This document shows, one piece after another, positions 57,101-64,000 of a stretch of DNA of 64,000 nt (position 1 is its first letter; the number at the start of each line of letters is the position of its first letter). The stretch comes from Thalia democratica. Its lineage: Eukaryota. A model generated the notes under the pieces. That model saw only the letters and a list, made by a program, of their open reading frames with translations. It was not told the origin of the DNA and searched no databases. Both the position numbers and the translations under genes were made by a program. Where the stretch lies: contig OZ241831.1 of NCBI GenBank assembly GCA_965202585.1, positions 14,880,001 to 14,944,000 on the forward strand. Direction: 5' to 3'.

Positions 57101-60100
57101 GTAAATAAAATCATTATCACAAATTCGAACTCAGTTTAAATTAGTATAAGTAACTGATTGATTAAACCTTTAGTAAATAGTAAGTAATTCATATTAGTTT
57201 AGTTAAAACAATTATAATTTAAGCGTTATCTTGGGGACTTCTATTATACAAGTTAGAGCGCACGTTGCGTAATAAACCAGGCCAAAAAAAGTGTATAAGT
57301 AGACCCGGTTAGCGACAAAATAATACAACAAATATAATTGAGACGTTTAAACTCTATATGACACGTTTTTCTTTTCCTTTAAGTGCTACGTATATTTTTA
57401 CAGAACTAAAAGTTCAGGAAAAGAAGTATATTTATATACAAAATACGTTTCCTTTGTTGTATATTTTTAACTCATTAAAAAACTATGACATATTAAACTT
57501 CAAAATTAATTATTTAATAGTTTTACTTTAATTAAAATACCATCTTAAAGCAAAAAAATGCATGTATCTAAGCTAATTTAAAATGCTTAAAAGTTAGACA
57601 GAAGTGTTTAACAAAATAGGTTTATTTTATTTATATACTTTTTTACTAACAACTCAATTATTAAAATATTGTGTATATAACAAAGCAACAAGATATAACA
57701 ATCCTTTATATAGTTCCAAAATATGAGATAATTTTTTTTAAGTACGTCTCTCCGTGTTAAAAATTTACAGCAATTTTTGACTATTTCTATTTTAAAATAA
57801 TCATTTTTTTAAATAACTTAAATTTTTATTATTTTATCATAAAAAAGAGGCTTCATTTCTGTACATAATTTCACAATCACTACAAATAAAAAAGTTAATT
57901 AGAAACTGATATAACCTGATTGATAAACATGGCTTGAACATATTTCACTACTTCTAATGTTACCATAAGCGAAATGGGAACCAAATTGTTGTACACAATC
58001 ACAAAGGTAATGAATGATTTCACCGGCCCAGAATGCTCTGTGAAATTTGAAACATTTATAAAACAAAATTGCTATTTTCAAAATTAAATAAAAGTTTAAA
58101 TTAAAGATCTCATTAAATTAATAAATGTAATATTAAAAATTAAAATAAATCGAAACTAGATTTTTCTAACAGAGTTTTGACTAGTTATCATTAAGATTAC
58201 TTAATTTGTAATGATTTTAATAAAATTTTCCAATGTAATTTTAACAGTTATCTAACTTTTGTTTGGAAATTTACAAACAGTATTTATTAATTTCAAAATA
58301 TAAGTATTTGTTAATTATGAAGATTTCAAATAGTGATGTATCGGACTCACTATCCGGGTCCGGCCGGATATTGCCATTTTTGTCTGATATCCGGATCCGG
58401 CCGGATTCTAATTTGTAAAAAAAGTTCGGGTCCGGTTCCGGCAGGATTCTTATTTGAAAAAAAAGTCCGGATCCGGGTCTAGTTAGTAAAAAAGAGCATA
58501 CTGAAAAGTATTTTATCAAAAACAAACCCTGTGTAAATTAATAATAGTCATTTTCGTCAGTTAAAAAAAACACCTACCGTGATTGGCTAATTTTGTACAC
58601 GTGACTAATTTACATTTGTTAACATTTAAACTATGAAATAAACATTTCATGAAATGCAACTCTTTACATATGTTGTAAAATTGAAAACTTTGGAATGAAT
58701 ACTTGCATTATTTATTGTTTAAAGTTGAGCTCAGAGAAAATTTAGAGTTAATACGGTTGAATGTACGAGCCAATGAGAATCATATGACGAAATTTTTCAA
58801 ACTAAATACTGATGCAACAAAACATCAGAACATGGCAGGCAGTTTATATGTAAGCAGTTAGTTAGTTTGGTATGTAGCGTGAAGCAACAAAACATCTTGA
58901 ACGTTTTTGTGAATGCTTATTGTAAGTAGTGTTTTGTTTTAAAAGTGAATATTTCATCAGGTGTTTAATTGTTTAAATATTTAAGCCAGGTTTATAGTTT
59001 AATAGTTTATTAAAAATTTTACAGTTTCTTGTTTGCTAAAAGTTTTATTTAATTTTTAATTTTTTGTTTTAAGCCTTTTGATATAGATTTAAATAGATTC
59101 CAGTTTTTAAAGTGTTACCAAAGTAATTAATGGTTTTGTATAAGCTATCATTTTTTGTTGTGTTTTATATAAAAGATTCATCACTCAAAACTGTCGTGTC
59201 TGATTATAGAAAGTAGTCTCAGTTAGAATTTAGTATTTGTAAGATATTAATTAAATAAGGTAGGATTTAATTATGATGGGTAGTACTAATAAGTTAAGTG
59301 TACCACAATCAGTCCACAACTTTACTACCAAATTGTCAACCTTTGCTAGCTGTTCTACTGATTATTAGATTAAAGTAATTTTTTCAGTTTTTAAAAACCT
59401 CATTTTGACTCAGGCTTGTTTATACTCACTCTAGCTAGTTTTATTGACTTAAACAGTGGCAACCCTGCTAATTTTAAAATTTTTGGGAATTTTAGAAAAT
59501 CTTGGACTGCCTCAGGCTAGTTTAGTTTTTTATAAAAACTCAGGCTAGTTTTCTTTTAGATTTTGAATGAGTTTTAGCTAATCCAGTTTTCAATATTTTG
59601 TAATTTTCTAGTTTATTTTGTTCAAGAACTTGATTTCAGATTTTTAATTGTAAATAACACCTAAATTTGTAAACCTTGTGGCTAGTTGTTCTACTTATTA
59701 TTAGATTAAAGTTCTTTTTTTTCAGTTTTTAAAAACCTCATTCTGACTCAGGCTAGTTTATTCTAGTGATGTATCGGACTCACTATCCGGGTCCAGGTCC
59801 GGCCGGATATTGCCATTTTTGTCTGATATCCGGATCCGGCCGGATTCTAATTTGGAAAAAAAAGTCCGGATCCGGTTCCGGCCGGACTCTAATTTGAAAA
59901 AAAAGTCTGGATCCGGTTCCGGCCGGATCCTAATTTGAAAAAAAAGTCCGGATCTGGGTCCGGTACATCACTAATTTCAAACAACTTTTACTTATTATAG
60001 CTCTTTTTGTTTATAAATTTTCAAAATATAGGAAAATAAGTACTTTTTGTTGGAAGAAGACATTAATTTTTAAACAATAATCTACCTCAGAAACTATTTG

Positions 60101-61829
60101 TAAACAAAAACTGACCACTTCCGAAGGGAACGTACCAGAGATTTTCCTCAGGTTGTGATTGGTGGAAAAATTGTGAACCCACTGTCGATATGATGGACAC
60201 AAATATAAGTATCAAGAACAAATTCATAATCTGTTTTAATTAAATACAGTTTAGTTTTTAATTAAAATTGTATAAAAAACATGATAGGTAAGTTGCTATC
60301 ATGAAACAAATTGACTTGAAAAAAAACATATATAGAACTTTTATACACATTTCTTTAATCAATTTTTGTGTTGCTACATTAAAAAAGTTTTTAAAAAACT
60401 AGTATTTTTTTAATCTGTTGACGCTATTATTTTTCTGTATAAAAAAACTAGGAGAAGAAGTCCATTCACCACAGTAGAGGCTAAATTTTATTTAGCTAAA
60501 TTAGTAAAGGTAATTACTATGTAATGTAAAATACATCAACCTGCAAATTAGTGGAATTTTCAATAGTGGATCTTTTAATGGGAGTTTCTTTTGCATTCAT
60601 CATAATCTTGCTCTCATGGCCGGTATAAACTGCAATTCCTACGATCCACTCCGTATTGCGCAAGATGCAGCTACGCAGCAATACTTGGTTGGAAGACAAA
60701 GAGTGTCTGTTTTAGTACATAAAGGAAATATTTAATTTTTTGTTGTTGTAATTGTTAGTGATTAAAGTAATAAAAAAAAGAATTGGTAAAATAAAATAAT
60801 ATTAATCAAACTTTTGTTTAATCAAACTTTCGTTTAATCAAGTTTTTAATATATTCTGTACAAACTTTTGTGTCCCTGGTTCGAGCTGAATGCTTCCGTT
60901 GAACTCATATAAGTTAGTGTTTGGCAGATCACACTCGAAATAAGGAGTAAAATTTTGCAAGTCTTCCTCACTTTGCAGGTGAGTGGTTTCTTCAATGGCC
61001 TGCACATGGTTTTTTATCAACATGGTACACTTGCCGTTTCAATTAAAATTATCAAAATTACTTGTTTTAACTTGAGATTGGTCTCACCATCTAGCATGGC
61101 AGTTTCAACGTAACACAAACTCTGGGGTTCACTGCTTGACAGTAGAATTAAATCTGCGGGGAATGGTTGTCCGTTCCATACCTTCACTATTTCGCCAACT
61201 TTTACCTGGAAAGTGTCTTGAACTAATTAAGTTATAGTAATGAAATGTTTTAATCTAATAATTCTCTATTAATCTTCATTGGATATATTTTTTTTCCAGA
61301 TTTAAAACTATTCAACTTTAGGCTTTAATGTACACGAAGGAATTATAAATTCACCCTCACAATATGACAAAATTTTATATTTGTTGATTCAAAAAAAATT
61401 TAGTTGTGAATTGATAATTTTAGGAGCTATAAACCAATAAGTGCTCTTCGTTTAACAGATTTTAAAAATCTAGTAAAAAATATTGTTTATCAGCAAGAGG
61501 GTAAAATCTTCACTATTTGATCAATTTTTACCTGGAAAACTTATTCATTAATCTTATTTATCAACAAATTGTTTACCTTAAGGTTAAACATAAAAAACAT
61601 TTTTAAAACGAACAAATTTATAGTTTGAATACTTTAAGTTATCTAATTTTATACTAAGTATATTTGCCATAAAAACTAATTTTTACTTGAAAATGTTTTA
61701 ACTTAAATTAAAGTAAAAAACTAAAAAAAGCTTTTAACTAACCTCTTTCCATAATGTTTTTTTGAAAGCATTGTTAATATAAACAAGGCATTGTTTGAAA
61801 TTTATATTTTTGTCATCAACATGTCTTTT
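36024..61829 (-). CDS. ATP8A: P4-type ATPase (phospholipid flippase), ATP8A-like; spliced, 24 exons found, 5' part missing
   Basis: [39 protein letters not shown] and GDGGND motifs appear in order; exon phases are consistent; GT-AG introns. ATP8A1 vs ATP8A2 cannot be resolved. Confidence 0.95.
36319..36411 (-). CDS. ATP8A: P4-ATPase exon w (C-terminal tail)
   Basis: [31 protein letters not shown]; gttagt donor. An alternative donor is possible at 36371. Confidence 0.6.
36717..36913 (-). CDS. ATP8A: P4-ATPase exon v (TM9-10)
   Basis: [14 protein letters not shown]...[20 protein letters not shown]. Confidence 0.92.
38095..38151 (-). CDS. ATP8A: P4-ATPase exon u
   Basis: [19 protein letters not shown]. 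Confidence 0.88.
38535..38885. mobile_element. MITE with CAGGG(C/T)TGC TIRs
   Basis: CAGGGCTGCAAAA / TTTGGCAACCCTG (11/13); flanks TATAAG / TAAAAG. Confidence 0.65.
38932..38993 (-). CDS. ATP8A: P4-ATPase exon t
   Basis: [20 protein letters not shown]; phase 1 to phase 0. Confidence 0.85.
39363..39564 (-). CDS. ATP8A: P4-ATPase exon s
   Basis: [15 protein letters not shown]...YPVLY...FNTYVFW...HSFILF. Confidence 0.93.
41837..41911 (-). CDS. ATP8A: P4-ATPase exon r
   Basis: [25 protein letters not shown]. Confidence 0.92.
42212..42322 (-). CDS. ATP8A: P4-ATPase exon q
   Basis: [37 protein letters not shown]. Confidence 0.93.
42878..43024 (-). CDS. ATP8A: P4-ATPase exon p (GDGxND)
   Basis: [42 protein letters not shown]. 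Confidence 0.95.
43849..44061 (-). CDS. ATP8A: P4-ATPase exon o
   Basis: ...[27 protein letters not shown]. The acceptor is uncertain by a few codons (nearby CAGs). Confidence 0.85.
44415..44618 (-). CDS. ATP8A: P4-ATPase exon n (TGDK)
   Basis: [19 protein letters not shown]...[12 protein letters not shown]. Confidence 0.95.
45424..45513 (-). CDS. ATP8A: P4-ATPase exon m
   Basis: [30 protein letters not shown]. Confidence 0.9.
45911..46002 (-). CDS. ATP8A: P4-ATPase exon l
   Basis: [30 protein letters not shown]. Confidence 0.92.
46082..46185 (+). pseudogene. 5'-truncated, decayed tRNA-Ile/tRNA-Asp dimer copy
   Basis: 3' half of Ile (GTCGCGGATTCGATCCCCGTACTGGCCA), CATATCT spacer, and an internally deleted Asp. 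Confidence 0.8.
47205..47343 (+). pseudogene. Decayed tRNA-Ile/tRNA-Asp dimer copy with upstream flank
   Basis: Ile-like 47205-47278 with broken anticodon and T stems; Asp-like part lacks its 5' end. Confidence 0.85.
47851..48016 (-). CDS. ATP8A: P4-ATPase exon k
   Basis: [21 protein letters not shown]...KGADDVI. Confidence 0.93.
49470..49572 (-). CDS. ATP8A: P4-ATPase exon j
   Basis: [34 protein letters not shown]. Confidence 0.93.
49933..50004 (-). tRNA. tRNA-Asp(GTC)
   Basis: 72 nt TCCTCGTTAGTATAGTGG...CTGTCAC...GGTTCGATTCCCCGACGGGGAG; a T6 terminator follows. Confidence 0.96.
50012..50085 (-). tRNA. tRNA-Ile(AAT)
   Basis: 74 nt GGCCGGTTAGCTCAGTTGGTTAGAGC...CTAATAA...GGTTCGATCCCCGTACTGGCCA. 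Confidence 0.96.
51560..51720 (-). CDS. ATP8A: P4-ATPase exon i
   Basis: [23 protein letters not shown]...GYKNL. Confidence 0.85.
52274..53051. repeat. Fold-back element: ~175 bp inverted arms around a ~430 bp loop
   Basis: 52274-52448 is the reverse complement of 52878-53051 at roughly 90% identity or more (by eye). Confidence 0.85.
53245..53296 (-). CDS. ATP8A: P4-ATPase exon h (short)
   Basis: [17 protein letters not shown]; bridges phase 2 to phase 0; tttcag / gttagt. Confidence 0.7.
53457..53623 (-). CDS. ATP8A: P4-ATPase exon g (phosphorylation site DKTGT)
   Basis: DLEMYYEE...[25 protein letters not shown]. Confidence 0.96.
54063..57317 (+). mobile_element. Non-autonomous LTR retroelement (no gag/pol ORF seen)
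   Basis: LTRs 54063-54624 and 56763-57317 (TGT...ACA); AAAT 4-bp TSD; PBS-like TGATGACCCGGACGT; polypurine tract GAAGGTAAGAGGAGAAAA before the 3' LTR. Confidence 0.88.
56118..56425 (+). repeat. GC-rich 42/43-bp minisatellite (~7 units) inside the LTR element
   Basis: GAGACGG recurs at 56161, 56204, 56247, 56289, 56332, 56374 and 56417. Confidence 0.93.
57916..58037 (-). CDS. ATP8A: P4-ATPase exon f (TM4, PISL)
   Basis: [33 protein letters not shown]. Confidence 0.93.
58331..59973. mobile_element. hAT-like non-autonomous composite element
   Basis: TIR TAGTGATGTATCGGA / TCCGGTACATCACTA (14/15); 8-bp TSD ATTTCAAA at 58323-58330 and 59974-59981; CCGGATCCGG subterminal repeats; a second left end at 59764. 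Confidence 0.85.
60116..60230 (-). CDS. ATP8A: P4-ATPase exon e (TM3)
   Basis: [22 protein letters not shown]...LWYVPFGS; phase 0 to phase 1. Confidence 0.85.
60541..60706 (-). CDS. ATP8A: P4-ATPase exon d
   Basis: [32 protein letters not shown]...IKRS...NLQ. Confidence 0.93.
60866..60999 (-). CDS. ATP8A: P4-ATPase exon c
   Basis: AIEET...[14 protein letters not shown]...; ends in phase 2. Confidence 0.9.
61062..61205 (-). CDS. ATP8A: P4-ATPase exon b (A-domain DGET)
   Basis: VKVGEIVKV...[12 protein letters not shown]...[11 protein letters not shown]. Confidence 0.93.
61743..61829 (-). CDS. ATP8A: P4-ATPase exon a
   Basis: [29 protein letters not shown]; tttcag / gttagt. Confidence 0.85.
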
Positions 61830-61954
61830 CTGAAATTAAACTTTGATATAATGAACTTGTTAAAAAAAACACAGTATAAATTAAAAGAACCATTATCATC
61901 TGAAATACAAAATATAATTGCATAAAGCTTTTTTATGATCATATAGCTCTGTTG

Positions 61955-63413
61955 ACCTGCTGGACCCACAAAATTAGGATTCGGATCTTTTTTTTTGAAA
62001 TTAAGGTTCTGTCAGAACCGGATGCAAATTCATTTTTTAAACTAGGATCTGGCCGGCTAGAGTCAGATTTAAATCCATTTTAAAAAAGTAGGATCTGGCC
62101 AGACCTGGATATTAGTGAAAAAAAGCCGGATCCTGCCAGATACAAATGTCACTTTTAATTCAATAAAAAAACTAATTACAAGTTATAAATAAATAAATGA
62201 TCATCACTAAGTTTTTGTTTAGACTAATTATCTTATAAGTTAAATAGTTTTGTCTATTGTGTTTTGTACATTCATTTCTTTTAAACAATTCCTAATGCTT
62301 AAAACAGTGTGTGTTCTAATAAACTTAAAGTGTAAAACAGAACTTTGTTATCCATTGGATCCTATTAGTTGAGCTTTTTTTTGAATAAAACTTACTTATA
62401 AAGTAAAGCCTCCCAGAAAGTTCATGTCAAATAAATCTCGCCTGTTATGTACAAAACGACAGATAAGTTGACTATGTTATCATAAAACATTGAAAAAGTG
62501 TTCTAAACTGATTTACTTATAAGTAAAAATAATCTTTTAAATCTTAAACAGTAGATATAATAAAACATTGGTTTGTTATGTAGTAAGGAAGCAAAACTAC
62601 TATGCATTAATCCAGTGGTCTTCAAAGTGTGCGCACCAGTGCACACAAAATTTATTTAGGGGTGCATGAACCGTAACTGGAAAAATTATATTAAATTTTG
62701 ATACTAGATAGTATAGAACACTTTTTTGAAACTGACACTAGATATTCTGGAGTTGATGATGAAAAGCAAAAAAAAAGAAAGATCTTAAAGAGGTTTTTAT
62801 GGTTGTTTTTTTGAGAAATATTTGGGAAACCCTGCCCTATATATTACAAAAAATTTAAAACCTATAGTAGATATTCGAACATTGGGGTACACAGAATTTT
62901 AATTTTGCAATTTAAGGTGCACAGATTATGATTAGCTTGAAGACCACTGCAATCAACCATAATGCTTTTATTGATACAGCTCTATGCTTTTGTATGGCAT
63001 AAAAGAGCAAATAAAAAGTTTACCTTGTTTTCTTCATCAAAAATTTTGTTTGATAGCAACGAAAATACATAAACAAATACTTGTAAATATACAATACACA
63101 TCAACTAAAATTATAAAAAAATAATACTGACATTGTGAGTTTGTTTATGCTTAATAGTTTACATGCGTCTTTTAATGTAACATTTTGTAATGACTTTAGT
63201 GTGGTTATTTATTTATGTAAAGATATTTTTTTCAACAAATAAAATGGCTATTGTTCTCTTTACATAATTGGATCCCAATATCTAAATTTGCTTAACATAA
63301 GCCAAAACTATTGATCTATTGGAGCCACAAAATTAGGACCCGGCCGGAACCGGACAGTAGTGAAATAATGCAATACCCGGTCAGATCCGGATAGTGGATC
63401 TGGTATATCATTA
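61955..63413 (-). mobile_element. Older degenerate relative of the TAGTGATG/CCGGATCCGG family
   Basis: Decayed GGATC/CCGG repeats at 61955-62150; a reverse left-end-like sequence at ~63355-63413. Confidence 0.45.
62613..62949. mobile_element. hAT/Charlie-like MITE
   Basis: Perfect 13-bp TIR CAGTGGTCTTCAA / TTGAAGACCACTG; the 8-bp TSD is only 5/8 conserved. Confidence 0.75.
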
Positions 63414-64000
63414 TAAAGCTAATTTAATAACATTTTTCATCATACTTTATTACATTACTATATTGAAAAGTTAATTGGAAATATGTTCCTCAAATTACAA
63501 TTTACTATATTGAATTATTTCTCTAAACAAACTAACTATCAAACAAATTCTTTTAAAATATTTAGTTGATACAAATTTAAAGTAACTACTTAGTTATAAT
63601 TAAGAAAATTTGAAAAACCAAATGCTAAAAAACAACTTTTTTAGTGAGTTATCATATAATATATTATATAATATATATTATATAACATATAACTTTAAAA
63701 TCGTTGCTACTTTTACTTATATAGTTTTACAGTCAATACTTGAACCCAGCATTTTAATGCGTATAATACATTGTTAAATTAAAAAATGGTTCGAGTTATA
63801 AAAAAGATTACATGTTTAAACTTAGCATACTAAGTTTCGCTCAAAGAGCTTGTCACTGCAGTTATCTAAAACTTAAGTAAAAAACATGTAAAATTCATGG
63901 AAAATAAACTGTTAATAGTGAAATAAGTTTAAATATGGAACAAAAACAAAACTAGACAATACTAACCATAGCAACATTATCTTGAGACAAAGCTAACTAA

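Noticed and set aside
60803-60846. Three short TTAATCAAACTTT-type repeats, and (TA)n tracts near 46730 and 48608
   Set aside because: Ordinary slippage repeats.
63000-63070. Possible upstream flippase exon ending in a gtaaac donor
   Set aside because: No frame matches the expected TM2 sequence (…AIKE…ED); the 5' exons are probably outside the window.

Overview
AT-rich eukaryotic (animal-type) genomic DNA in two parts. (1) 1-31.0 kb is the right end of a tandem array of replication-dependent histone genes. Four quintets of ~8.6 kb lie on the minus strand in transcription order H1-H3-H4-H2A-H2B, each gene with a 3' stem-loop. The units alternate as A/B haplotypes. Unit 2 carries a frameshifted H3 plus H4 and H2B missense changes. 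The ~5.6 kb spacer is built from ~6 old, degenerate ~0.9-1 kb subrepeats that are homologous to the H2B 3' flank, up to and including the 3' arm of the H2B stem-loop. (2) 36.0-61.8 kb is a minus-strand, intron-rich P4-ATPase (ATP8A-type phospholipid flippase). I assembled 24 exons by hand with consistent phase and GT-AG ends; the 5' exons were not found and are probably beyond the window. Its introns and flanks hold an intact tRNA-Ile(AAT)-tRNA-Asp(GTC) dimer with two decayed inverted copies, a non-coding 3.3 kb LTR element with mosaic LTRs, a composite hAT-like element with an 8-bp TSD, several MITEs and a long fold-back repeat. All alignments and counts were done by eye; no database searches were run and the organism was not identified.
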